From a virus (Duplodnaviria; Caudoviricetes), in the IMG/VR virus record IMGVR_UViG_3300047557_002530: a stretch of 64,000 bases of DNA; one strand, written 5' to 3'. Shown piece after piece: positions 34,865 through 44,858 of the stretch. Within the stretch, counting starts at the first letter, position 1; the number at the start of each line of letters is the position of its first letter. The position numbers and the translations under genes are program-made. A model generated the notes under the pieces. That model saw only the letters and a list, made by a program, of their open reading frames with translations. It was not told the DNA's origin and did not search any database.

Positions 34865-36253
34865 TTAGTAACCTATTGGATGACTATCAACGTAATCTGT
34901 ATTATAAACAGGATCAAGTTCACTAAATCTTAAGGTTAATTGATATGATGTTATAGTTTTTTCTTCATCATTAAAAGTCATATAAGTTCCATCTGGAGTG
35001 TAATCAACATCACAACTAAGAAGGGCACACTCTTTTATTCTATTTAATGATTTGTGTGGTTCCAATCCTTTGTCTGAAGTTCCAGTTTGATATTGAATGG
35101 AAAATACATAAGGAGCTTTTAAGAATACCGCAGTATTTGCTCTTCTTGTTGCCATCCCAGCTTTAAAAAAGTATATAATTTCTTTTACTTTTTTTGCTTC
35201 ACTTTCACTTCTTGGAGATAATCTGAATGTGAAGTTAAATGGTCTTAGTGATGGTCCAGTAAATAGTAGTTCTAAGTTTGGGTTTAAAACCGCTCCGGTT
35301 CCTCTTGAAAATAATCCTTGTGCTCCAATTGCTTCTTGTGCCAAAAACAGATGTAATGCGCTGGCATATGCTCCATAATTGGTTTTAAATTCCTTAGCAG
35401 CAATTTTGGCTTGATTTCCAACTTCTTGTATAATCTGATCACTTGTTTGCATTGCTAGAGATGCTCTTCCCGCAAAAGCTGAAAGAGGATCTAAAGTAGG
35501 ATTTCCCCAATCAACACTATTACTATCAGTTATTGAGGGTTGTATTGGTAATACCACTGATCCAAAAGGTTGTGAAAGAGATTTTGTTCCAAAAGTAAAA
35601 TTTGCATCTTTTGGTTGAGTTCCTGTAAAATCTCTTCCAATTATTTCTTTTAATCTGAATAAAATAGTATCTTGTTTAGTGCTTATATCTTCTGGATATC
35701 TTGCATTTATCGCAGATAATCTCGCCTTTACTGTTGATTCTCTTGGATCGCTTATAATTTTATTTGTTAGTTTATTTATATCTTCATTGGTAGTTGTTAA
35801 TGGTTCTGTTGCTGGTTGTTGATTTAGATCTGGTTCATCTGGAGATGCTGTATTTCCGGCACCTGGAATTCCTAAAGTTTTTGCTTTTTGCGGAGCTCCA
35901 TGATTATTAAACTGTCCCAATCTCCCATCATTTAATTGTCCTGTTGGAGATCCAACTCCGGTTCCAGCACTATAAAATGCCGTTGCTAATGCTTCTTTTG
36001 TAGAATATGCGGCCGCTAACGAGGTGTTTCTATATCTTAATTCATTGAATACATTGCCAGAACCTATCCATCCGCTCCAGGTTCCGTCTGCATTTTGTTT
36101 TGATTCTAAGTAAATATTACTACTTAAATCATAATTTGGACCATCATATGGATACCAGCGCGACTTTCCACTATCTAAGTCGGTCAATACTCTTCCCTTT
36201 ACTTGAATTCCTTTTATTCTAATAGTTAAATCATCATCTCTATTATTTGCCAT
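34865..36253 (-). CDS. gp48: baseplate tail-tube cap gp48
   Basis: NPNLELLFTGPSLRPFNFTF, LRFSELDP; synteny. Confidence 0.82.
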   Translation of the reverse strand: MANNRDDDLTIRIKGIQVKGRVLTDLDSGKSRWYPYDGPNYDLSSNIYLESKQNADGTWSGWIGSGNVFNELRYRNTSLAAAYSTKEALATAFYSAGTGVGSPTGQLNDGRLGQFNNHGAPQKAKTLGIPGAGNTASPDEPDLNQQPATEPLTTTNEDINKLTNKIISDPRESTVKARLSAINARYPEDISTKQDTILFRLKEIIGRDFTGTQPKDANFTFGTKSLSQPFGSVVLPIQPSITDSNSVDWGNPTLDPLSAFAGRASLAMQTSDQIIQEVGNQAKIAAKEFKTNYGAYASALHLFLAQEAIGAQGLFSRGTGAVLNPNLELLFTGPSLRPFNFTFRLSPRSESEAKKVKEIIYFFKAGMATRRANTAVFLKAPYVFSIQYQTGTSDKGLEPHKSLNRIKECALLSCDVDYTPDGTYMTFNDEEKTITSYQLTLRFSELDPVYNTDYVDSHPIGY

Positions 36254-36315
36254 CAGAAATCCTCCCCAACTACAAGAGGATTAGTCATCTCAATTTTTTG
36301 TAGAGTATGAGACAT
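36253..36315 (-). CDS. putative 20-aa leader ORF coupled to gp48
   Basis: MSHTLQKIEMTNPLVVGEDF*, TGATG overlap with the gp48 start. Confidence 0.4.
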   Translation of the reverse strand: MSHTLQKIEMTNPLVVGEDF

Positions 36316-36332
36316 TTATAGATGTTTTTTAT

Positions 36333-36719
36333 TTATTTAGTTCTAAATTTTCCATATCGAAGAGAACGAAGATAATCAATCTCATTCTTTTTAACTTCTA
36401 GTAGTAAACTATTAACTTCAAACCAGGTATAATTTCTCACTGTTCCCCAATGAAAATTAAGTCCAGTAAACCCCCATTTTTCTATTGAAAGTGCTGCGAT
36501 TAAAGGGAACTCATCATATCTTAACCCTTTTGTTTTTGCTGAGTATATAAAAGTATAATATTTTCCAACATCAGGAACAAAATCTCCTTCACGGAAAACT
36601 TCCATAATAGTCATCATAATATCATCAGGTTTTGTATATTTGTATTTCTTTAGTTTCTCTTTTAGTTCATTAACTCTTTTAGAACCTGAACCGACATATT
36701 GACCGAATCCTTGTGCCAT
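36333..36719 (-). CDS. gp2: DNA end-protector gp2-like protein
   Basis: YDEFPLI, GLNFHWG; synteny with gp4. Confidence 0.7.
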   Translation of the reverse strand: MAQGFGQYVGSGSKRVNELKEKLKKYKYTKPDDIMMTIMEVFREGDFVPDVGKYYTFIYSAKTKGLRYDEFPLIAALSIEKWGFTGLNFHWGTVRNYTWFEVNSLLLEVKKNEIDYLRSLRYGKFRTK

Positions 36720-37171
36720 TATTTTATGCCTAGGTTGTCTTCTGTTATAATCTTGAATTCAATCATACGATCATCACACCATTCTTTAATAGATCTCCAT
36801 TTTGATTGATTAACTGCATAAGTATTTACTTCATTAATATAGGTTTTATTTTTCTTTTTTCCTTGAACTGGAGGAACTGTTTGTTTTTTTGGTTTTATTT
36901 CTATCACATATTTTTGGGTTTTTCCATTATTTTCAAGAACTTCAATAATAAAATCCGGAAAGTATCTACATACTTTTTGTTTTACTGGATTATAATATGG
37001 AATACAAAATTCTTCTGATCCATACTTTAACACATTAGGTGTGCGATCACACCACTGCATAAATTTTAGTTCCCAACTACTTCTATACACTATATTTTCG
37101 GAGTTTCCAATATATTTTTCTGGATTTTTTGGATGAAAATATCCCTGATGATACTTAGAGTCACGAGGCAT
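36719..37171 (-). CDS. gp4: head completion nuclease gp4 (TnsA-like)
   Basis: PKNPEKYIG, YRSSWE, YFPDF, IEIKP, N..KW. Confidence 0.9.
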   Translation of the reverse strand: MPRDSKYHQGYFHPKNPEKYIGNSENIVYRSSWELKFMQWCDRTPNVLKYGSEEFCIPYYNPVKQKVCRYFPDFIIEVLENNGKTQKYVIEIKPKKQTVPPVQGKKKNKTYINEVNTYAVNQSKWRSIKEWCDDRMIEFKIITEDNLGIK

Positions 37172-37598
37172 TTTTCCAACCCCTGTGAAATTTTCTTTTT
37201 CCAGATAAGACCTGACCTAGATGTGTGGGATTTAAATTCAATTTTTTGCATATGTGGGATATACAATCAAATTCAATTATTTCACCTTCTTTTGAAATTA
37301 TTTTTCCTCCCTTTTGGAATTGTGGATATTCGCATCCTTTATTAAGTGCTGGTTTTCCTTTTCTTTTTTTAGAAGATGTTTCTATTGCTTTACTCATATC
37401 CCTTCCCTTTGCAATTTCACTCATTTTCTTTTTTGTTTCTTCGGAGTGTTTTTGTCCTTTCATTCCTGGAAAATGAACTCCAGTTATTATACATTCATAA
37501 GTTTCTGATACAATCGTTGCTCCATCAACATTGAATGTTTCGCACAATTTAGTTGTATCCCAAATATACGAATGTATTTTTATTTTTTTCATATACAT
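37161..37598 (-). CDS. NUMOD3/HTH-type DNA-binding protein without a recognisable nuclease domain (degenerate HEG?)
   Basis: [16 protein letters not shown]-terminal LGQVLSGKRKFHRGW; late promoter on the minus strand at 37615-37622. Confidence 0.65.
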   Translation of the reverse strand: MYMKKIKIHSYIWDTTKLCETFNVDGATIVSETYECIITGVHFPGMKGQKHSEETKKKMSEIAKGRDMSKAIETSSKKRKGKPALNKGCEYPQFQKGGKIISKEGEIIEFDCISHICKKLNLNPTHLGQVLSGKRKFHRGWKNAS

Positions 37599-37627
37599 AA
37601 TATATCAATAAGAGTATTTATAGATAG

Positions 37628-38470
37628 ATGGCATCTCCTAGTTCATCTAATAAGTCGCCTAGATTCAATCCAACTTCCGAACTTGTATCAAAGATAATGC
37701 GTCCAGCATTAACTTCTCATTATAATGTTTATTTAAATCCTGACCAACTTTTAAGTGAAAATGAAAAAAGTAAGGAAGGTATAAGAAACTTTTTTAACAA
37801 TAGACAGGCAAATATTGAAGAAGAAATTTTGGCTCTTTCTTGTTCTGAAGCATCTCTACCTGGATCTTCATTGGCTACACATGAAATCAATAATGACTTT
37901 ACTGGCGTAACAGAAAGGCATGTATATAGAAGACAATATGATGATAGAATAGATTTTACTTTTTATGTAGATCACGATCATAAAGTTATAAAGTTTTTTG
38001 AAACTTGGATGTCTTGGGCTGTTGGAGAAACCCAACTCACCGAGCAATCAAATTTAAATTATTCATATAGAGTTAGGTTTCCAAAAGGTTATAGATGCAA
38101 TATTTTCGTTCAAAAGTTTGAAAAAGATTATACTAACTATTCTGAATATACTTTTATAGGAGCATATCCAATATCAATTGCTTCAATGCCTATTTCATAT
38201 GACTCTTCTCAACTTCTAAAGTGTACTGTATCTTTTAGTTACATTAGATATTTTATGAATAACTTAAAATCTAATGTTAATTCATTAGTCGATATTCAAC
38301 TAAGATCAGAAGAAGAACTTCGCAATAATTTACCTCAGGGAACAACTTTTCTTCAGGGTGGAGTTGATGATATTATAAATTCATTACCGCCCGCATTAAG
38401 AGCGTCCTCTGCAGTATTTACTCCGGATCAATTGCAGCAAAGATTTCCTGGTCTTTTCTCACGTCAATAA
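37628..38470 (+). CDS. gp54: baseplate/tail-tube initiator gp54
   Basis: CSEASLPG, FTFYVD, AYPISI, VSFSY; tube-like fold motifs and synteny. Confidence 0.75.
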   Translation: MASPSSSNKSPRFNPTSELVSKIMRPALTSHYNVYLNPDQLLSENEKSKEGIRNFFNNRQANIEEEILALSCSEASLPGSSLATHEINNDFTGVTERHVYRRQYDDRIDFTFYVDHDHKVIKFFETWMSWAVGETQLTEQSNLNYSYRVRFPKGYRCNIFVQKFEKDYTNYSEYTFIGAYPISIASMPISYDSSQLLKCTVSFSYIRYFMNNLKSNVNSLVDIQLRSEEELRNNLPQGTTFLQGGVDDIINSLPPALRASSAVFTPDQLQQRFPGLFSRQ

Positions 38471-38500
38471 ATAATTATACTGAAATTTCTATAGGTCATT

Positions 38501-39220
38501 ATGCCTTTACCAAAAATCTCTACGCCAACATATGAGTTGGAACTTCCTTCTACAGGACAAGAAATTCAATATAGACCATTTCTTGTCAAAGAAGAAAAAC
38601 TTCTTGTTCTTGCATTAGAAAGTGAGAATATAAAAGAAATCACAACAGCAATTAAGAATGTAATCAAGAGTTGCATTCAGACAAAAAACATCAAAGTTGA
38701 ATCTCTTCCTACTTTTGATATTGAATATCTCTTTTTGAATATTCGCGGTAAGTCTGTTGGGGAAGAGATTGAAGTTAATGTCATCTGCCCTGATGATGGG
38801 GAGACTTATGTTCCCGTGAAAATTAATATTGACGAAATTCAAGTTCAAAAGAATGAAGAGCATACGAATAAAATTCAAGTAGATGATAATATCGTTATGC
38901 AAATGAAGTATCCTTCATTGGATCAATTCATTAAAAACAACTTTGATTTTTCTGGTGATACAAATATGGACCAGTCCTTTGATCTGGTCGCTAGTTGTAT
39001 TGATAAAATCTTTAATGAAGAAGAAGTTTGGACTTCAGGTGATGTAACTAAAAAGGAACTCATTGATTTCTTGGAGCAAATGAACTCTGCTCAATTCAAG
39101 CAAATTGAAAAGTTCTTTGAAACAATGCCTAAACTTTCTCATTCGGTAAAGGTTAAGAATCCAAAAACTGAAGTTGAAAGTGAAGTTGTATTGGAAGGGT
39201 TATCCAGTTTTTTCGCATAG
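38501..39220 (+). CDS. gp26: gp26-like baseplate hub / tail assembly protein
   Basis: YRPFLVKEEKLL, FDIEYLFLNIRGKSVGE, CPDD, FFETMPKL. Confidence 0.9.
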   Translation: MPLPKISTPTYELELPSTGQEIQYRPFLVKEEKLLVLALESENIKEITTAIKNVIKSCIQTKNIKVESLPTFDIEYLFLNIRGKSVGEEIEVNVICPDDGETYVPVKINIDEIQVQKNEEHTNKIQVDDNIVMQMKYPSLDQFIKNNFDFSGDTNMDQSFDLVASCIDKIFNEEEVWTSGDVTKKELIDFLEQMNSAQFKQIEKFFETMPKLSHSVKVKNPKTEVESEVVLEGLSSFFA

Positions 39221-39222
39221 GT

Positions 39223-39399
39223 ATGGTCCATATGGACCTAGAAAATTTCTATAAGTTGAACTTTGCTTTGATGCAGTACCATAAATATTCACTATGGGAG
39301 ATTGAAAATATGATGCCCTGGGAAAGGGATGTGTATGTTGCAATGTTGAAGAATTATTTGGAAGAAGAAAAATCAAAGCAGCAACAAAATGGAAACTAA
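39223..39399 (+). CDS. gp51: gp51-like baseplate hub assembly protein (58 aa), missing from the ORF track
   Basis: FYKLNFALMQYHKYSLWEIENMMPWERDVY. Confidence 0.88.
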   Translation: MVHMDLENFYKLNFALMQYHKYSLWEIENMMPWERDVYVAMLKNYLEEEKSKQQQNGN

Positions 39400-41791
39400 T
39401 GCCCCATCTAAATTACCAATAACGTGGTTTACCGTAGACCAAATTGGTGTGTCAACATGGGGCAAATTAAAGGCGAAACTTACTGGGATAAAAAGTCAGT
39501 TTGGAAATTATTTTTCTCACGTAAACATATCAGAAAGTGACGCTGATAAATTAATAGAAAATATTAAGAAGTCTGGTCGTTATCCTGTATTGACCGATGA
39601 ATCTGGAGATAATTTAGAGACATATGAGAACTGGTTAGTCGATACTTATTTAAAATCTGCGTCAACAGAATACAAATCAAATGGTGATAGTGATAATGAA
39701 AAAAAGAACGAAATCGTAAAGGTAGAGTCTAAAAAAGAGTCTGCCCCTCCTTTGTATGAAGGTGTCAGAGAGACCGACTTAGTTGACGAAGAGATTGATG
39801 AGAGAATATTAGAAATACTTGGATTAGAAGAAGTTTATGACTTCACCTATGGTGAATATAAACAACTTCTTTTTACTGAACTTCAAAAAATAGATAGGGG
39901 AGAAGAAAAATCTACTGATAGAGCAATGCTCCTTCAGGATGAATTTAAAAGAATAAAAGGTAAAGTAGGAAAATTTAAACTAAAGAAGAAAAAAATAACT
40001 GCAGAAAGTATTGGTACAACTGGTCCTATACAGATTTCAAAAGATAAGTTTTTTGTCACAAGTAGAGCAATCGTTCCAACGACTCCTACTTCAATACAAG
40101 AGTCCTCTAAAGATATAACTGATATTGAAAAAGCACTTGATGATATTCTAAAAAGTTTAACATTACAAAATAAAGAAAAGAAAAAAAGAGCAGACGAAGA
40201 AAGAAAAAAATCAGAAGACCGTAAAAGAAGACAGAGAGAAGGTGATTTAGAAAAACCACTGTCGCAATTAAAAGCACTAGCAAAAAAAATCATTGCGCCC
40301 GCACAGGGAATACTTAATCGCATCTTTAGGTTTATCAAGTTTACTTTATTGGGATATGCGTTCAATCAACTTGTAAAATGGTTTAGTGATCCTAAGAATG
40401 CAGATAAGGTAAAGGTTCTTGGAAGATTCTTGTCAGATTGGTGGCCTGCATTACTATCTGCATATGTTCTATTTGCTACTCCATTTGGTAAGTTTATTCG
40501 AGTTACTTTAAAACTGTTGAGGGGACTTATTCCCCAGATGGTTAAGTTTATTGCCAAACATCCATTTGCATTTGCTGGAGTTACTGCTGCTCTTGCTGTT
40601 GGTGGCGCTGAAATGTGGAGACAGCAAAAAGAAAAAGGACAAATAGAAAAGGAATCGCAAAAACGTAACGTAAAACCAGAAGTTGTTCAGAGAGAAGTTA
40701 CTGAAGCAAAGAGTTCTCCCCTCGGAATGATTGGGGAGACTTTTTCAAAGATTGGACCTTTAGGTATGTTTAATACCGGTGGTTTAGTCAGAAGAAAGTC
40801 ATTCTTTGGTGGTGGAGAAATACAGAAAGAACTTGATATAAATCAAATCGCATTTGCTGAGGGCGGTGGTGTTGATGATAGTAGTGGAGTAAGAATTAAA
40901 GGTGCTGGACCTGATACTCAGTTGATTGCTGCCGCTCCTGGTGAAGTAGTAATGTCTAAGAAAGCAGTTGATAAGTATGGCGCAAACTTCTTTCTAGACT
41001 TAAACAAAAAAGCAGGTGGAACTAATATTCCAAAGATAGCAAATAATATTCAACTCGCTGCTGGTGGTGGATTAATTAAGAGAACTATAAAGTCATTCCA
41101 AGGTGGTGGAATGGTTGGTGGCAATAGAAGTTCTATTCCATCTACATCGGGTGGTGGAAGTGGATTTAATCCTATGCGTGGGTTTATGAATTGGTGGAAT
41201 CGCGGAAGAAATGTTAGAGTTCCAAATGAAAATACTGCAAAGTTTGGTGGACTTAAACAATACATTAAGAAAAATCCAAATCCAAAAACTTTATTTGGAG
41301 ATGATGCATTACAGATAACTAGAGGTAATAAAGCATTTCAATCTGGTGCAACTGGATATAGTGGGTGGAATCCATTCAAAGCATTTACTCCCAATATGGT
41401 AAAGACGGGACCAACTCCAGCAATTCGCCAAGCAGTTGAAAGACCATTAAGATCTTTCTCTTCTGCTCCTAAAGTTTTAAAAGGTATTGGTGGTGGAGTT
41501 GGTAGTATTCTTATGGACATGGCTTTCCCAGAACCTGCATTTAATCCAACGTTAGATGATGCAAGAAGAATGGGATTCCCTATGGGACCACAATCCAAAG
41601 CAATGCCTCCAGGACCACCAACCATTATATCAAAAACAACTTTTACTGTCCTTCCTCCAATTAAAGTGCCAAGTAAATCTCAATCTGTTCCTAAAACATC
41701 TGAACTTCCTTCTTTTAATATATCTGCTAATAGTGATTCTCGTTCTAATATTGCAATTAGCCTTGGTATTAGAGATTTAGTAGGAGTATAA
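39389..41791 (+). CDS. tape-measure-like tail protein 1
   Basis: 800 aa, coiled-coil and amphipathic stretches, GGG..G.GPDT..A..PGEVV motif; follows gp26/51. Confidence 0.55.
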   Translation: METNAPSKLPITWFTVDQIGVSTWGKLKAKLTGIKSQFGNYFSHVNISESDADKLIENIKKSGRYPVLTDESGDNLETYENWLVDTYLKSASTEYKSNGDSDNEKKNEIVKVESKKESAPPLYEGVRETDLVDEEIDERILEILGLEEVYDFTYGEYKQLLFTELQKIDRGEEKSTDRAMLLQDEFKRIKGKVGKFKLKKKKITAESIGTTGPIQISKDKFFVTSRAIVPTTPTSIQESSKDITDIEKALDDILKSLTLQNKEKKKRADEERKKSEDRKRRQREGDLEKPLSQLKALAKKIIAPAQGILNRIFRFIKFTLLGYAFNQLVKWFSDPKNADKVKVLGRFLSDWWPALLSAYVLFATPFGKFIRVTLKLLRGLIPQMVKFIAKHPFAFAGVTAALAVGGAEMWRQQKEKGQIEKESQKRNVKPEVVQREVTEAKSSPLGMIGETFSKIGPLGMFNTGGLVRRKSFFGGGEIQKELDINQIAFAEGGGVDDSSGVRIKGAGPDTQLIAAAPGEVVMSKKAVDKYGANFFLDLNKKAGGTNIPKIANNIQLAAGGGLIKRTIKSFQGGGMVGGNRSSIPSTSGGGSGFNPMRGFMNWWNRGRNVRVPNENTAKFGGLKQYIKKNPNPKTLFGDDALQITRGNKAFQSGATGYSGWNPFKAFTPNMVKTGPTPAIRQAVERPLRSFSSAPKVLKGIGGGVGSILMDMAFPEPAFNPTLDDARRMGFPMGPQSKAMPPGPPTIISKTTFTVLPPIKVPSKSQSVPKTSELPSFNISANSDSRSNIAISLGIRDLVGV

Positions 41792-41792
41792 A

Positions 41793-44700
41793 ATGGCAAC
41801 TATAGATTCCAGAAAACTTTTACCTCCAAGTAAAGAAAGCAGTGCAATAGAGAAACCAATGTTTCTTGTGCCTGCTAAAAGTATTTCCGCAAAAGAAATA
41901 ACAGGTCCTGATCTAAAACCTGTAGATAAAACAGGAACTGATGAACCCGGAAGTTTAGTTGTAGTTAAAAAGAAGGTTGTAAGTTTAAGTAAGATAATAA
42001 ACAACAATCTTTTACTTGATCAAAGGGAAGCATCTACAAAAAGAAAAGAAGAAGAAAAATCTAAAAGAGAAAGGAAAGAAAAGGATTTAGAGAAAAAAGT
42101 TAAGAAAAATAATATTAAACCAGACCTGATAGGATCAATTCCAGGGCAGAGTATTTTAGATAAGATTAATCGTTTCATTGGATTTACTCTACTTGGTTAT
42201 TTGTTTAATCAATATGGAGAACTACTTCCCAAACTTATGGAGTTTGGAAAAGTTCTCGAACCAGTTGGAAAATTTGTTGAAGGATTTGCTAAAAATATAT
42301 TAAAAGGTGTAGTTGATTTTGTTGAGTTTGGTTATAAAGCATACGATCAAACAAGAGACTTTGTTAAACAGATTGGTGGAGAAGGCGCAGAAAAAACATT
42401 TGATGAGTTCTCAAAGAACTTAAACCTTTTATTGAATGGTGCTATTGGCGCCGCAATGTTGATTGCAAGTACTGAACCTAAAAAATCTAATAATCTTTCT
42501 GGTAAAGGTGGTGGATATGGTGTTGGGTATGCGGCTGGATATGCTGCAGGTCTTGCTTCAGGCAAAGGTATTAGACCTGGCGCTGGATTTAGAGACCCTG
42601 GTAGATATAGAGCACAAGGTCAAGCTAGAGCAGGTGGATTTGATCTAGAACAGTCAAGGAAAGCAAATACCAGACAAAATATGCTTTCCCCTACTGGACC
42701 AAGAGGACCCTTAGATGGAATTGGGAGAAGATTTAGGGGAGCATCAGCGCAACTTGAGACTGGAACTTTATTTAAAAGAGGTGCTGGAATTCAAAAAGCA
42801 TTATATAATGCTCCAGGAAAAATAAAGGGCGTAATGCCAAAAGGTGTTGGAAAAGTATTTGGTAGAGTTCCTATTGTTGGTGGACTGATTGATTTTGCAT
42901 TCTCTCTTGCTATGGGGGAAAATCCAGGTAGAGCAGCAGCAAAAGCAGTAGGTGCTACTGTTGGTTCTGCACTTGGAACTTTTATCCCAGTTCCATTTGC
43001 AGGTACTATTCTTGGTGGTATTCTTGGTGACATTGTTGGTGGGGCAATGTATGATACTTTGGTTGGAAGTAGACCAGAACCTGTTAAAGCAAAAGCAGGA
43101 GGGGGAACTGTTACTAGAGGTGGACAATCTACTGCTGCGCCATCAAGAAAACTTAAAACTGGACCAAAGAAGACTGCGCCAAAGATTCAACTACAAAAAA
43201 CGCAACCAGGAAAAGATGTTGGTGGTAAGTTAAAACTAGAGGAACTTTATGGCAAAGAAGAACCTGGAAAAAGAAGTGCATTAAGAGCACTAAGAAAAAG
43301 TGCCGAAGATGTTAAAAAAATGACATCTTTAAATGGTCTTGCCGGTTCAATGTTTGGGGCTGGTATTGATATGGCACTCGGACAAAAACCAGATAAGAAA
43401 CTTGCAAAATCAATTGGCGATGTATTTGGTTCAGTCGTTCAGAATGCAGTAAACGCAGAACTTAGTAGTTCTTTTGGTGATATTTCTAAAACAATTGCGA
43501 TGGCAAATGGTGGAGTAGTTCCTACAAGAGAGATTGGAAGCGGGCTGAGTATTGGTGAAAGAATAGGGAAGTTTATTTCCAATGCTCTTGCGATTTCTAT
43601 TGAGAATTCTGCATCAAAGATACTTCAGAACTTGAATAGAGAGATGAATTTGGAAGGTGGTCCTCCTGGATCTATGCCAGATACTGGACCTGGTGGAGGA
43701 CCTTTAACACAAAGTCAACAAGAAGCATTTGAGAAAATTAGAAAGATTGCTGAAAAAGTTGGGTCTCCAAAACCAGAGGTTACTGCAGCAATTGCTATGA
43801 TTGAGACTGGATGGTTATCAAATCCAAATAGTGTTTATTTCGCAAGTGGAAAAACAAATCCATTTGGGCAAACTGGGAGGGGACCAAAGGGGTCTGTTAT
43901 TGGTAAGGATGGTCAAGAACACGCTGTTTATAATAGTCTTGAAGAGGGAGTTAAATCTCATGTTGATAGGTGGAAGAGTTCTTATATTGGAAAAACTCCA
44001 CAAGAAATTATAGAAAGTATTAGGACGGGTAGAGGTGCTGGTGCTCCTGGAATGTATAATACAAGTCCAAGTTGGACTTCTAAAGTTTTAAGTGCGCTTC
44101 AAAGTGGTACTCAACCACAACCAAGTGGAAAACCAACAAAAGGCGCATTTGCTTCTGTTCTTCCTAGAGGGAATCCTCAATTTGCAAGTGGATTTGGATC
44201 AAGATGGGGAAGACAACATAAGGGAATTGATATTGGTGTAGATGCAAATTCTCCGGTTACTGCGTTACAAAATGGTGAAGTTACTGACATTTATAAAGAT
44301 TTTGGTGGACATGGTGATGGAGTTGTTGTTACTCATTCTGATGGAACTAAAATTGTATATGGTCACGTAAACTCAAAAGTTAGAAAGGGCGAAAAAATTA
44401 AAAAGGGACAGATTGTTGCAACAGTAAAAGGTTGGTATAATGCATATGGTAACAAAGATAATACGCATTTACACTTGGAAAGATATGTTGGTGGAGCAGC
44501 TACAGACCCAACAGGATACTTAAATTCTTTAGTACCGCAATCACCACCACAACAACCTCCATCAAGGGTTTCGGCATCTCCAGGAACTACATTTTCATCT
44601 AATGGAGTTAATTTTTTTAAAGGAACTGATGGAAAATATTATAAAATGGGAAGAGGAAAACCTGTTGAAATTGATAAGTCCACATATGATTCAAATAAGC

Positions 44701-44834
44701 GAAGCACCCAAGTATCATTAGCACCATCCCAATCCTCAACTGTTGCCACTTTAAATTCTGGTATTTTAAATGAAAATACGGGTATGGTTATTCTTGAAAT
44801 CAAAGAAACTCAATATCAAGCAATCATAGCTTAA
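41793..44834 (+). CDS. tape-measure-like tail protein 2 with glucosaminidase-like and M23 peptidase domains
   Basis: AIAMIETGW...NPFG...YNSLEEGV; HKGIDIG and HLHLE M23 motifs. Confidence 0.7.
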   Translation: MATIDSRKLLPPSKESSAIEKPMFLVPAKSISAKEITGPDLKPVDKTGTDEPGSLVVVKKKVVSLSKIINNNLLLDQREASTKRKEEEKSKRERKEKDLEKKVKKNNIKPDLIGSIPGQSILDKINRFIGFTLLGYLFNQYGELLPKLMEFGKVLEPVGKFVEGFAKNILKGVVDFVEFGYKAYDQTRDFVKQIGGEGAEKTFDEFSKNLNLLLNGAIGAAMLIASTEPKKSNNLSGKGGGYGVGYAAGYAAGLASGKGIRPGAGFRDPGRYRAQGQARAGGFDLEQSRKANTRQNMLSPTGPRGPLDGIGRRFRGASAQLETGTLFKRGAGIQKALYNAPGKIKGVMPKGVGKVFGRVPIVGGLIDFAFSLAMGENPGRAAAKAVGATVGSALGTFIPVPFAGTILGGILGDIVGGAMYDTLVGSRPEPVKAKAGGGTVTRGGQSTAAPSRKLKTGPKKTAPKIQLQKTQPGKDVGGKLKLEELYGKEEPGKRSALRALRKSAEDVKKMTSLNGLAGSMFGAGIDMALGQKPDKKLAKSIGDVFGSVVQNAVNAELSSSFGDISKTIAMANGGVVPTREIGSGLSIGERIGKFISNALAISIENSASKILQNLNREMNLEGGPPGSMPDTGPGGGPLTQSQQEAFEKIRKIAEKVGSPKPEVTAAIAMIETGWLSNPNSVYFASGKTNPFGQTGRGPKGSVIGKDGQEHAVYNSLEEGVKSHVDRWKSSYIGKTPQEIIESIRTGRGAGAPGMYNTSPSWTSKVLSALQSGTQPQPSGKPTKGAFASVLPRGNPQFASGFGSRWGRQHKGIDIGVDANSPVTALQNGEVTDIYKDFGGHGDGVVVTHSDGTKIVYGHVNSKVRKGEKIKKGQIVATVKGWYNAYGNKDNTHLHLERYVGGAATDPTGYLNSLVPQSPPQQPPSRVSASPGTTFSSNGVNFFKGTDGKYYKMGRGKPVEIDKSTYDSNKRSTQVSLAPSQSSTVATLNSGILNENTGMVILEIKETQYQAIIA

Positions 44835-44858
44835 ATAGTATCATAGTAAGAAGTAAAA

